Assembly (NCBI GenBank): GCA_963766715.1 | Contig: CAVYBH010000011.1 | Coordinates: forward strand, 96,001-160,000 | DNA: 64,000 nucleotides | DNA from: an uncultured delta proteobacterium | GTDB taxonomy: Bacteria > Myxococcota > Myxococcia > Myxococcales > Anaeromyxobacteraceae | Direction: 5' to 3' | Notes under the pieces: generated by a model | What the model was told of the DNA's origin: nothing | The model's database searches: none | Seen by the model: only the letters and a program-made list of their open reading frames with translations | In this document: piece after piece, positions 21,733 through 31,886 of the stretch | Position numbering within the stretch: position 1 is the stretch's first letter | How the letters are laid out: every line of letters begins with the position of its first letter | Made by a program: the position numbers and the translations under genes

Positions 21733-23298
21733 ATGGACAGCGCGAAGCGGAACCTGGCGGTCGGCGTGGCGATGGCAGTCTTCCTCGTGGCCTGCGGGGG
21801 CACGACCGGCGGGTCGTCCGCCGGAGGTGCCGTGCGGCCCGACCGGCCCCACCGGACCCACCGGGCCCACCGGACCGACCGGGCCCACCGGGCCGACCGG
21901 ATCCACCGGTCCCACCGGACCGACCGGGTCCGACGGGCCCCACCGGGTTCGCCGTCACGGCCGCCGCACGCGGCGCCATCACGGGCCTCTCGCCCCTGAC
22001 GGTGAATGGCGTCCGCTTCGACACCTCCGGGGCCGAGGTCCGCGTCGAGGGGGAGATCCGGGGCGAGGCCGAGCTGCGCAAGGGGCAGGTGGTCCACGTC
22101 CGGGGCGAGATCCACGGCCGCGACGGCCGCGCGGCCACCATCTCCTTCGACGACGACCTGCGCGGGAAGGTGGACGACCGCGGCGGCAGCCGCATGCACG
22201 TGGGCGGACACGAGATCGAGATCGAGGACGCGACGGAGTTCGAGGACGAGACCCGCCGGGAGGACTCGATCCAGCCCGGCGAGCGCGTCCGGGTCTCCGG
22301 GCACCGGACGTCGTCCGGCGCCATCCGCGCCACCCGCATCGAGAAGGAGGCGGGCAGCCAGGAGGACTTCGAGGTGAAGGGCTACGTGGCGAGCCTGGCC
22401 GCCGCCGCCGTTCCGCCGTCCTTCGCGCTCCGCATGACTCCCGCCGGCGCCGACGTCTACCAGGTGACGCTCGCTGCCGGCGCGACGCTCCCCGCCGGCG
22501 TGAAGGACGGCTCCTTCGTCGAGGTGAGGTCGGCGGCGAGGCCGGTGGCCGGCGCGCTGATCGCCACCGCCGTCGCGCTCGAGGACGCGAGCACCGGCGC
22601 GGAGAACGACGAGGCCGAGGTCGAGGGGATCGTCACCTCCGGCGACTCGACCGCCTTCTCCATCGGCGCCCAGCCGGTCACGACGTCGGCCGCGACGCGC
22701 TGGGAGAACGGGCTGCCCGAGGATCTCCTCCCCGGGGCGAAGGTCGAGGCGGAGGGGACGCTCGACGCCCAGGGCGTGCTCGTCGGCGACGAAGGTCTCC
22801 TTCCGGGAGAACGTCCGGCTGCAGGGAGCCCCCGCGGGCGCGGTCGGGACGGCGCCCGGCGTCGGCACCTTCCAGGTCCTGGGCCTCACGGTCCGGGTGG
22901 ACGGGCTCACGGAGTGGAAGTCGTCGGGCAAGGGCGGCGGCATCTCCCTGTCGAACCTGGGCACGTCCCCGGTCCAGGTCCGGGGCTACCGCGCCCGGAA
23001 CGGAACCGACGTCATCGCCACCCGGGTCGAGTCGCGGAGCGACGTCCGGATCATCCTCCAGGGCCCGGTGTCCTCGAAGGACGCCGCGGCGGGCACGCTG
23101 GCCATCCTGGGTCTCACCGTCCGGTCGAGCGGCGGCACGGAGTTCCGCGACGCGACCGACGGCGCCCTCTCCGCCTCGGCCTTCTTCGACGCGGTGACGG
23201 TGGACGGGACGGTCGTGAAGGCGCGCGGCAGGGACGCCACCGCCCTCTCCGGGACCACGCTCGCCGCCGAGGAAGTGGAGATCGAGGGCAGCCGCTGA
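21733..23298 (+). CDS. DUF5666-like repeat lipoprotein with collagen-like linker (several frameshifts)
   Basis: Lipobox LVAC, (GPT)n linker, repeated small beta domains (G.V.V.G...A..I). Strongly similar to 23395..24864. Frame changes near 21830, 21930 and 22790. Confidence 0.8.
21836..21948 (+). repeat. 9-bp tandem repeat (GGNCCNACC) encoding Gly-Pro-Thr collagen-like triplets
   Basis: About 11-12 units, e.g. ggccccacc ggacccacc gggcccacc ggaccgacc. Variation falls mostly at third codon positions. Confidence 0.9.
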
Positions 23299-23325
23299 GG
23301 AAATCGGGCGAGGCGGGATCTCTCG

Positions 23326-23353
23326 TGTCCCGTCCCGCCCGCCCTCCGTGTCA
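23326..23353 (+). promoter_or_regulatory. Putative ECF promoter, copy 3 (TGTCCC-N16-GTGTCA)
   Basis: Matches the motif at 17031 and 21659; intergenic, upstream of the second DUF5666-like gene. Confidence 0.7.
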
Positions 23354-23394
23354 AGGACCGTAGAGCCTCGAGGAATCCATCCAGGAGAGTCGCC

Positions 23395-24864
23395 ATGACC
23401 CGTTTCCACCGCCGCCGCCCGCTCGCCTCAGCCAGATTCGCCCCCCCCCTGGCTGCGGCCCTCCTTCTCGCCGCCTGCGGAGGGTCGACCTCGACTCCCG
23501 CCGGTGGCGGGGGAGGGGGCGGCGGCGGTGGAGTCACCGCGGCGGCGACCAGCAAGGGCGTGGTCACGGCCACCGGGAACCTCACGGTGAACGGCATCCG
23601 CTTCGACACCTCGACGGCGCAGATCCGCATCGACGACAACCCGGGGCGCCCCGAGTCGGAGCTCAAGGTCGGGATGGTCGTGAAGGTGAAGGGGTCGAAG
23701 GACGACGCGGCGGGCACGGGAAAGGCCACGGAGGTCGAGGCCCACCACGTGGTCCGAGGCAAAGTGGACGACAAGGGAGGCGGCATCCTCCGCGTCGGCG
23801 GCCACGAGGTGGAGATCGAGCACGGCACCGAGTTCGAGAACCACGCCTCCGGCCTCGACTCGATCTCGGTGGGCGAGCGGGTCCGCGTGCACGGCCACCC
23901 GACGGCCACGGGCCACATCCGCGCCACCCGCGTCGAGAAGGAGGCCGGAACCTCGGAGGACTTCGAGGTGAAGGGCTTCGTGTCCGACCTCGCGGCCGCC
24001 GCTGGCACCTTCACCCTCCAGGTCTCGCCCGACGCAGCCTCGAGCTACGCCGTGACCATGGCCTCCGGCGTCGCCGTCCCGGCCGCCGTCGTGAACGGCT
24101 CCTACGTCGAGGTCCGCGCGGCCTCTGCGCCGGTGGCCGGGGCGCTCACCGCCACCGCGGTCGTCCTCGAGGACGCCAGCCTCGGCGCCGCCCAGGCCGA
24201 GGTCGAGGTGGAGGGGCTGGTGACCAGCGGATCCTCCGCCCAGTTCGTGGTCGAGGGGCAGACCGTCGCCACCTCGGGCACCACCCGCTGGGAAAACGGG
24301 CTGCCGGCCGACCTCGCTCCAGGAGTGAAGGTGGAGGCCGAGGGCAGGCTCGACGCCGCCGGCGTCCTCCAGGCCACCAAGGTCTCCTTCCGCGCCAACG
24401 TCCGCCTGCAGGGGCCGGTCTCGAACGTGGACGTGGCGAGCGGCAGCTTCCAGGTCCTCGGGCTCACCGTGCGCACCGACCCGTGGACCGAGTGGAAGTC
24501 CTCGGGCGGCGGCGGGTCGCTCGGCCTGGCCACCCTCGGCTCCGGCCCGGTCGAGGTCCGCGGCGTTCCCGGGCAGGCCGGCGAGATCCTCGCGACGCGC
24601 GTGGAGGCCACGAACGACTCCCGCCTCTACCTCCAGGGACCGGTGACGTCGAAGGACGCCGCGGCCGGTACGCTCGTCATCCTGGGAATCACCGTCCAGA
24701 CCGGCTCGTCGACCGAGTTCAGCGGCATCGCCGGGCCGTCGACGAGCTCCGCATTCTTCGCGGAGGTGGTCGCGGGCAAGACGGTGGTCAAGGTGCGCAG
24801 CCGCGATCCGCTGTCCGGGACCACGCTCACCGCGGATCAGGCAGAGGTCGAAGGGAGCCGATGA
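23395..24864 (+). CDS. DUF5666-like repeat lipoprotein with poly-Gly linker
   Basis: Lipobox LAAC, G10 linker, LTVNGIRFDT, repeated domains, ends EVEGSR like its paralog. AGGAG RBS. Confidence 0.85.
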   Translation: MTRFHRRRPLASARFAPPLAAALLLAACGGSTSTPAGGGGGGGGGGVTAAATSKGVVTATGNLTVNGIRFDTSTAQIRIDDNPGRPESELKVGMVVKVKGSKDDAAGTGKATEVEAHHVVRGKVDDKGGGILRVGGHEVEIEHGTEFENHASGLDSISVGERVRVHGHPTATGHIRATRVEKEAGTSEDFEVKGFVSDLAAAAGTFTLQVSPDAASSYAVTMASGVAVPAAVVNGSYVEVRAASAPVAGALTATAVVLEDASLGAAQAEVEVEGLVTSGSSAQFVVEGQTVATSGTTRWENGLPADLAPGVKVEAEGRLDAAGVLQATKVSFRANVRLQGPVSNVDVASGSFQVLGLTVRTDPWTEWKSSGGGGSLGLATLGSGPVEVRGVPGQAGEILATRVEATNDSRLYLQGPVTSKDAAAGTLVILGITVQTGSSTEFSGIAGPSTSSAFFAEVVAGKTVVKVRSRDPLSGTTLTADQAEVEGSR

Positions 24865-24912
24865 TCGGCTCCCTCGGGCGCGTCCCCGGATACCCCTCCC
24901 TCCGGGGACGCG
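24852..24912. terminator. Two tandem hairpins between convergent genes
   Basis: AGGGAGCCGA/TCGGCTCCCT (24852-24874) and CGCGTCCCCGGA/TCCGGGGACGCG (24879-24912), both perfect stems. Confidence 0.6.
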
Positions 24913-24918
24913 TCAGCT

Positions 24919-26373
24919 TCACTCCTTCGGCTTCAGGCCCAGCGCCCGCATCCGCTCCCGCAGCGTGTTGCGGTTCATGCCCAGCAGCTCGGCCGCCTTG
25001 AGCTGGTTCCCGTGGGTGCGGGCCATGGCGGAGGCGATGAGCGGGGCCTCCAAGGCGGCGAGCGCCGCCTGGTAGCGTCCGCCGTCCGGCTCCGGGCCGT
25101 CGAGGAATCCATCCACGAATCCGGTGAGCCCCTTCTCCCGCGCGGCGCCGGCCGGCAGCAGCGGGGCCAGGTCCCGGGCGGTGATGCGGTTGCCGGGCAG
25201 GGAGAGCAGCACCCGCTGGATCACGTTCTGGAGCTCGCGGACGTTGCCGGGCCAGGAGTGCGCGAGGAGCAGCGGCTCGGCGTCGCGCGCGAGGGTGACC
25301 GGTCGGCCGCGAAGCTGCTCGCCGTACTTGGCGGCGAAGTGCCGGGCGAGCAGGATCACGTCGTGGTCCCGCTCCCGCAGGGGAGGCAGGCGGATGGGAA
25401 CCACGGCCAGCCGGTAGAAGAGATCGCGGCGGAAGCGCCCCTCCTCCACCGAGCGCCCCAGGTCGGCATTGGTCGCGGCCACGATGCGGACGTCCACCGG
25501 GAGGGGGCGCGATCCGCCCACCCGGTCGATCTCCCGCTCCTGCAGGACGCGAAGCAGCTTGGCCTGGAGCTCGACGGGCATCTCGCCGATCTCGTCGAGG
25601 AAGAGCGTGCCGCCGCTCGCCAGCTCGAACTTGCCGGGGCGACGCTCGGCGGCGCCGGTGAACGCGCCGCGCTCGTGGCCGTAGAGCTCGCTCTCCATGA
25701 GGTCGCGCGGGATGGCGGCCATGTTCACGGTGATGAACGGGCCCCGGGCGCGGGGGGAGTTGGCGTGGACGGCGCGGGCCACGAGCTCCTTGCCGGTCCC
25801 GCTCTCGCCCATCAGCGTGACCGTCATCTCCGTGCGGGCCACGCGGCCGATCTCCTTGAAGACCTCCACCATCGCGGGCGAACGGCCGATGAGGGAGTCG
25901 ATCGGGGCTCCGTCGCGCTTCCGATCCGGCTCGGGGCTCCGTGCCGGGGCGCGCTCCGAGCGCTCGTCGGCCTCGATCTCCGGGCCGATGGCGAGGTCGC
26001 GGACGATTCGCTCGACGCGCGCCAGGTCGAAGGGCTTGCCCAGGTAGTCGGCGGCGCCGCGCTTCATGGCCTCGACCGCCGACCGCATGGTGTCCTCGGC
26101 GGTCATCACCACCACGAAGGGCGAGTCGGGGCGGCCGGCCAGCTCCCCGAGCAGGGTGAAGCCGTCGTCTCCGGGGAGGCGGACGTCGAGCAGCACGAGC
26201 CCGATGCCGCCGTGGCGGCCGGTGCCGTGCCTCCCGAGCTCGACGCGCGCCTCCTCGGCGCTGCCGGCCTCGAGGTGGGGGGCGCCGACCCGCTCGCAGG
26301 TGCGGGCCAGGACGAAACGGACGGAGGGCTCGTCGTCGACGATCAGGACCTTGCGCATCGCCGTCTCGTCCAT
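24919..26373 (-). CDS. ntrC: Sigma54-dependent response regulator, NtrC-like
   Basis: REC (DDE...D...K), [30 protein letters not shown], Fis-type HTH. Context glnB-ntrB and glnA. Confidence 0.85.
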   Translation of the reverse strand: MDETAMRKVLIVDDEPSVRFVLARTCERVGAPHLEAGSAEEARVELGRHGTGRHGGIGLVLLDVRLPGDDGFTLLGELAGRPDSPFVVVMTAEDTMRSAVEAMKRGAADYLGKPFDLARVERIVRDLAIGPEIEADERSERAPARSPEPDRKRDGAPIDSLIGRSPAMVEVFKEIGRVARTEMTVTLMGESGTGKELVARAVHANSPRARGPFITVNMAAIPRDLMESELYGHERGAFTGAAERRPGKFELASGGTLFLDEIGEMPVELQAKLLRVLQEREIDRVGGSRPLPVDVRIVAATNADLGRSVEEGRFRRDLFYRLAVVPIRLPPLRERDHDVILLARHFAAKYGEQLRGRPVTLARDAEPLLLAHSWPGNVRELQNVIQRVLLSLPGNRITARDLAPLLPAGAAREKGLTGFVDGFLDGPEPDGGRYQAALAALEAPLIASAMARTHGNQLKAAELLGMNRNTLRERMRALGLKPKE

Positions 26374-26383
26374 GCACCTCTTA

Positions 26384-26400
26384 TGCCCGAACCGCGGGCA
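26384..26400. promoter_or_regulatory. 17-bp palindrome TGCCCG-N5-CGGGCA (NtrC-type site) directly upstream of ntrC
   Basis: Perfect 6-bp arms, 10 bp before the ntrC ATG; same motif as the glnA upstream sites. Confidence 0.65.
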
Positions 26401-26439
26401 CCCGGCATGACGAGAAGCGGGCAGACCCGACAGGCCGGC

Positions 26440-27498
26440 TCAGGTGGCGGACAGGGGCAGGTAGAGGGTCGCCTCGGCCCCCCCGCCCGATCGGTTGCGG
26501 ACCTCGATCCGGCCGCCGTGCGCCTCGACGATCCGGCGCGAGACCGCCAGCCCAAGCCCCGTTCCCTGGGCCTTCGACGTGGCGAAGGGCGTGAAGAGGC
26601 GGGGAAGCATCGACTCGGGGATGCCGGGACCGTTGTCGAGCACCGCCACCCGCGCGAGCGGCACCGTCCGCCCGCTCGCCTGGCGCAGCCGCACCGACGC
26701 CACGCCCGTCTCCATGAGGACCTGGGCCCCCTGGGTATCCCGCACCGCTTCCACGGCGTTCCGGAGGATGTTCAGGACCACCTGGGTGAGCTTCTCCTGG
26801 TCGCCCTGGATCGGGGGCAGCGAGGGGTCGAAGCGCTGCGTGAACGCGATCCGGTCGCCGCCGGGAAGCCCCTTCGCGATCACCAGCACGTCCCGCATCA
26901 CGCCGTGGACGTTCACCGGCCCGGACTGGAGCGTGGCCGGCCGGGCCAGGTCGAGCAGCTCGCGGACGAGCCCGTCGACCCGCCGCGCCTCCCGGGCGAT
27001 GACGAGGGCGTACTCGCGCGCCGTGCCCTCGGCCTCCCGGGCGAGCAGCTCGGCCGAGCCCTGCAACCCCGCGAGGGGATTCTTGATCTCGTGAGCGAGG
27101 CCCGCGGCCAGGGCCTCGAAGTCGAGGTGGCGCTCGCCGTTCCGGCGGGCCCGCACCAGGATGACGGTGCCGACGCACGAGGCGCCCTCGAAGAGCGGGG
27201 AGACCTCGACGCTCAGGGGAACCGAGGCGTCTCGAGGGCTCGGGAAGTCGCCGCCGGTGGCCTCCTGAGCGCGCCGGACCCGGTCGGCCAGCGCCTCGAG
27301 CGGGGCGCCGCCCGGGAGGGCGCGGACCGGCAGCCCGACGGCCCGTTCCCGGCTTCGGTCGAAGAGCTCCTCGGCGGCCGGGTTGAGGTGCACGACGCCA
27401 CCGTCCAGCCCGACCAGAAGGACCGGATCTCCGATGGAATCGAGTGCACCGCGCGCCAGGGCCGCCGGGAGCGGCGGTGCCTTGCTGGCTCGGGACAC
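26440..27498 (-). CDS. ntrB: PAS histidine kinase, NtrB-like
   Basis: PAS (LNPAAEELF), LAHEIKNPL, NILRNAVEA, DNGPGI, LFTPFATSK..GTGLGL. No TM helices. Confidence 0.85.
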   Translation of the reverse strand: MSRASKAPPLPAALARGALDSIGDPVLLVGLDGGVVHLNPAAEELFDRSRERAVGLPVRALPGGAPLEALADRVRRAQEATGGDFPSPRDASVPLSVEVSPLFEGASCVGTVILVRARRNGERHLDFEALAAGLAHEIKNPLAGLQGSAELLAREAEGTAREYALVIAREARRVDGLVRELLDLARPATLQSGPVNVHGVMRDVLVIAKGLPGGDRIAFTQRFDPSLPPIQGDQEKLTQVVLNILRNAVEAVRDTQGAQVLMETGVASVRLRQASGRTVPLARVAVLDNGPGIPESMLPRLFTPFATSKAQGTGLGLAVSRRIVEAHGGRIEVRNRSGGGAEATLYLPLSAT

Positions 27499-27528
27499 GG
27501 GGCCCCCTGGTTGCCGGACGGCCGGCGA

Positions 27529-27928
<400 letters not shown>

Positions 27929-27972
27929 GCGCCGGGGACCGCCCGGCTCGGCGTGGATGCCCTCACTTCGGT

Positions 27973-28012
27973 TGCCCGGTTCCCGGGCTGTCATCTGCTC
28001 GATTTCCGGACA
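27973..28012. promoter_or_regulatory. Two tandem NtrC-type sites upstream of glnB
   Basis: TGCCCGGTTCCCGGGCT (27973-27989) and TGCTCGATTTCCGGACA (27996-28012), 23 bp apart. Confidence 0.55.
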
Positions 28013-28188
28013 GCTGGTACGGCCCTGCGACAATGGATCGAATCGGTGCCTGCCGTCTTCTGCCCAAGTGTGGAGTCCCCGGGGCGATCGCGTCGGGCAC
28101 GAGGGAGAAGGCTGCAACGGGCGGGCCACGAGACGACGCCCCGGATTCCCCGGCCCCCTCCGGGAGGCTGCGGTAGATTTCCGACTGG

Positions 28189-29268
28189 ATGGAATGGGTG
28201 CTCGCCCTCGTCGCCGCCGCGGCACTCCTCGCCGCGATGTCCTTCGCGCATCACGCCTTCTGGACGGGCCGCCTCAGGCAGCCCATCCAGGACGACGGGA
28301 TCGTCCGGGCCGAGACCCGGGACGGCTGGAGGCTCGCCCTCGGCATGAGGCTGCCCCGGGGGCCGGAGCTCCGCCCGCCGGTCCTGCTCGTCCACGGGCT
28401 CTCCGCCAACCGCTGGACCATGGACGCCGGCGTGGAGAGCTTCTCGCTCGCCGCGCACCTGGCCCGCGCGGGCTTCCGCACCTTCTCGCTCGACCTGCGC
28501 GGTCACGGGGACTCGCGCCACCCGCCGCGCCGCGCCCAGGACTGGAGCTTCGACCAGTACGTCGAGGAAGACGTGCCCGCCGCGCTCGAGGCCATCCGCC
28601 GCGACACGGGGGACGAGCAGGTGCTCTGGGTGGGGCACAGCCTGGGCGCCGTGACAGGGCTCGTCTCCTGCCAGCTCCACCCCGAGCGCATCGCCGGCAT
28701 CGTGGCCATCGCCGGCCCGATGAGCTTCGACGTGGACGGCCTGGTGGCCCGCTACCTCGGATGGGGGTTCCTCGTCGACGGCCGGTTCAACCGGACGCTG
28801 GCCCGCATGCTCGCGCCCTACGCGGGGCTCACCCACCCGGCCGCCGGCGAGCTCGCCATCAACGGGCGCAACGTGGACCGCCCCGTCCTCCAGCGGCTGC
28901 TCGCCAACGGGATCGAGGACGTGCCCGAGCAGGTGTTCTTCCAGCTCGCCGACTGGGTGAAGCGCGACGCCTGCCGCTCGGCCGACCGATCCCGGGACTA
29001 CCGGGCCGGCCTGGCCGGCTGCCGGCAGCCCGCGCTCTTCCTGGCCGCGCCGAGGGACCACCTGGCGCCCCCGGAGGTGGTGCGGCGCAGCTTCGACCTG
29101 TGGGGCGGCGAGAAGACCTTCGTCGAGTTCGGCAGCGACGGCGGCTACTCCGCCGACTACGGGCACACCGACCTGCTCGTCGGGAAGCGGGCGCCGCAGG
29201 AGGTCTTCCCGGTGGTGACCGAGTGGCTGGTGGCGCGGGCGCACCCGGCGCCGGGCGGCCGCCCGTGA
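28189..29268 (+). CDS. Alpha/beta hydrolase (lipase/esterase-like)
   Basis: N-terminal hydrophobic anchor, VHGL, DLRGHGDS, GHSLG nucleophile elbow, YGHTDL. Confidence 0.9.
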   Translation: MEWVLALVAAAALLAAMSFAHHAFWTGRLRQPIQDDGIVRAETRDGWRLALGMRLPRGPELRPPVLLVHGLSANRWTMDAGVESFSLAAHLARAGFRTFSLDLRGHGDSRHPPRRAQDWSFDQYVEEDVPAALEAIRRDTGDEQVLWVGHSLGAVTGLVSCQLHPERIAGIVAIAGPMSFDVDGLVARYLGWGFLVDGRFNRTLARMLAPYAGLTHPAAGELAINGRNVDRPVLQRLLANGIEDVPEQVFFQLADWVKRDACRSADRSRDYRAGLAGCRQPALFLAAPRDHLAPPEVVRRSFDLWGGEKTFVEFGSDGGYSADYGHTDLLVGKRAPQEVFPVVTEWLVARAHPAPGGRP

Positions 29269-29774
29269 CGCCGCTCCTGCTCGCGGCGCTGCTCGCGGCG
29301 AAGCCGCTCGTGTGTCCGCCGGGCGCCCTGCCGGCCGGACAGCCGCCGCCCTTCGGGAACGCCCAGTGGTGCGAGGGACCCGACGCGAGCGGCGCCAGAA
29401 AGCGGCAGGGGCCGGGGCGCGACTTCTACGACGTCGACCTCGTTCACGTGGAGTCAACCTGGCGCGACGGCCGGCTCGACGGCCCGTGGGTCCAGTTCCA
29501 TCGCGACGGCCGGAAGGCCGCCGAGGGGCGCTACCGGGCCGGCGAGAAGCACGGACCGTGGACCTACTGGTTCGAGGGCGGCCAGGTGTCGGAGGAGGTC
29601 GCCTTCGACATGGGGCGCCGCCACGGACGCTTCGTGCAGTGGTGGCCCGGGGGGAAGAAGCGCGCCGAGGGGAGCTTCTGCTTCGGCCTGCAGTGCGGCC
29701 GCTGGACGACGTGGGGCGAGGACGGAACGGAGCTCGGGACCATCGTCTACGAGCAGATCCGCGCCACGCCGTGA
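29265..29774 (+). CDS. Exported MORN-variant repeat protein (YwqK-like)
   Basis: Repeats such as GRLDGPWVQFHRDG, GEKHGPWTYWFEGG, GRRHGRFVQWWPGG. GTGA overlap. Confidence 0.8.
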   Translation: MTPLLLAALLAAKPLVCPPGALPAGQPPPFGNAQWCEGPDASGARKRQGPGRDFYDVDLVHVESTWRDGRLDGPWVQFHRDGRKAAEGRYRAGEKHGPWTYWFEGGQVSEEVAFDMGRRHGRFVQWWPGGKKRAEGSFCFGLQCGRWTTWGEDGTELGTIVYEQIRATP

Positions 29775-29790
29775 GGCCGCGCGGGGGAGG

Positions 29791-30288
29791 CTAGCTGGCG
29801 CGCGGCGTCTTGCGCGCGCGCTCGGCCTCGATGAGCTGGTCGAAGGCCTTCGACGGCACCGGGACGGCCGTGAACACCGCCACCAGGTCGGGCCCGATGG
29901 GGAGCGTCGACTCGATGCCGGGCTTCACCCACACGCGCCCGGACCGGACGAGCGCGAGCTCCGGGATCTGGACGGCGTAGTTCACGCACACGCTGCCCGA
30001 GGCCTCGCGGGAGGTCGACACCCGGAGCACCATCCGGACGGAGGCAGGGTCGCTGGGATCGCGAACCACGACCGAGGCCTGCTTGCCCTCGGGGCTCACG
30101 ATCCGGCTCTTCGCCAGGGTGGCGCCTTCCTCGCTGCGGATCTCGAAGGAGACGAACTCCCCGATGGAGCCATCCTTGGCGGAGGCCTCGACCGCCTGGG
30201 CCGTCCGGACCCGCACGATTCCCTCGGCGGAGACGGCCCCCACGAGGAAGGCGGAGAACAGGATGGAGGCGGCGCGGAGGGTCTTCAA
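29791..30288 (-). CDS. Hypothetical exported protein
   Basis: Non-shadow amino-acid composition, N-terminal hydrophobic helix; start uncertain (TTG 30288 chosen, GGGAG upstream). Confidence 0.65.
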   Translation of the reverse strand: MKTLRAASILFSAFLVGAVSAEGIVRVRTAQAVEASAKDGSIGEFVSFEIRSEEGATLAKSRIVSPEGKQASVVVRDPSDPASVRMVLRVSTSREASGSVCVNYAVQIPELALVRSGRVWVKPGIESTLPIGPDLVAVFTAVPVPSKAFDQLIEAERARKTPRAS

Positions 30289-30402
30289 AGGGGGGCTCCC
30301 GAAGGAGCGGTGATAACCCACCCGGGAGCTCCCGCACCAGGGTATCCGCCCGATAAACGGCCGAGGACCCCCGGATGTTCCCGGAAAACACCCCTTTGGG
30401 GT

Positions 30403-31886
30403 TCAGGCGGTGGTCCAGATATCCCCCATTTGGTGGGCCCGGCCGGTCTCCTCCAGCCACAGAAGGGTCGCGAGGCAGCTTCGCTCGGCCACGGGGAGGA
30501 GGTAAGGCGGGGTGTCGTCGTAGGCGCAGCGCGTCACGGCGGAGAGCGTCCCGCCCGGCGACAGCGCCGCTGCCACCTTCTCGGCCCGCATGCGCCGGTG
30601 CTCGAGGTACTCGTCGAGCTTGGCCGCAGCGGCCGGCGCCGGCGCCCCGTGGGCGGGATACAGGGCGCGCGCGGGGAGCGAGCGGAGCCGCTCGAGCGAG
30701 GCCAGGTACTGCCCCATGTTCCCCTCCGGCGGATCGATGACGATCGTGGAGAGGGTGCTCACCATGTCGCCGGCGAGGAGCGCCCCGGTGCGCTCGTCGA
30801 GGAAGCAGAGGTGCCCGGGTGCGTGACCCGGAGTGAACAGGGCCCGCCACCGGCCGTGCAGGAGCTCCCCGTCGGCGACCCCGGTCACCGGGATCCCCCG
30901 CGGCAGGCGCCCGGCGGTGAGCGGGTGGGCCCGGACCGGAGCCCCCGCGCGGCGAGCGGCGCCACGCCGCCGACGTGGTCGACGTGGTGGTGGGTGAGCC
31001 ACACCTCCCGGGCCGGGCGTCCCGCCGCGGCGAGGATCTCGAGAACCCAATCCAGCCGCGCCTGCTCGGCGGGCTCGGGAGAGCCCGGGGTCGACGACCG
31101 CCACGCCGCCGCCCGGCTCCAGGTCGACGAGCCAGCAGTTGGTGTGGGTGGCGGGCAGCAGGGTGGGCGTGCGCAGCGCGGCCATGACCACGCCACGCTG
31201 GAACTCGACGAGCAGGTCGGACGGGCGGATGGCGGAGCAGCTCGAGCGCGGCCGGCGGCGCCTCGCGCGCGATCGACGCGATGCCCCACCAGTTGGGCGG
31301 GTGGAGGAGCGCGTCGCCGCGCTCCCACGACTCGAGCGCGCGGCGGGCGAGGACGAACTCGCCGCCGGTGAGCTCCCCGGGCCACACCGAGGCCTCCTGG
31401 CCGGCCGGCTAGCCGGGCCAGGTAGAACCAGGCGTCGAAGCGGACCGGGAAGAAGGCCGGAGTCACCCAGCGGCCGGCCGGCGAGAGGAGCGCCGGGTCG
31501 AGCGCCAGCCCCTCCTGGAAGAGCAGGTCGGCGAAGCCGACGCGCCCGTCGAGGAGCGCGTGCCGGGCCTCGTCCCGCTGCGACGGCTGGAGCCGCTCCG
31601 CGCCGTGCGCGAGCAGCACGCCCGCCTCCTCGAAGAGCTCCCGGCAGGCCGCGGCCACGTGGGCGGCCTCGTCGCCGGAGAGCCCGGGCACCGGGACGCG
31701 CTGGTCGTCGTCGTCCACGCGCCCGCCGGGGAAGGCGTGGAAGCCGCCGGCGAAGCGGAGCCCCTCTCCGCGGCGGACCCAGAAGACCTCGCGCCCCTCC
31801 GGCCCGTCCCGCCAGAGGATCACCGCGGCCGCGGGGCGGGTGCGGGGCGGGGGAGGCACCGGCAGGCCGGGGATGGCCTCGCTCAT
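30403..31886 (-). CDS. NUDIX + metallo-beta-lactamase (LACTB2-like) fusion (several frameshifts)
   Basis: FPGGRVD...AACRELFEEAG Nudix box; THHHVDHVGG, TPGHAPGH, AGD, PAHG MBL motifs in successive frames. Confidence 0.85.

Noticed and set aside
21619..21915. Minus-strand collagen-like ORF (GPV repeats)
   Set aside because: Antisense reading of the GPT repeat inside the plus-strand lipoprotein gene.
29265..29774. Toxin-antitoxin system from the YwqK-like protein
   Set aside because: It is only a MORN-variant repeat protein with a signal peptide; no cognate toxin is recognisable nearby.
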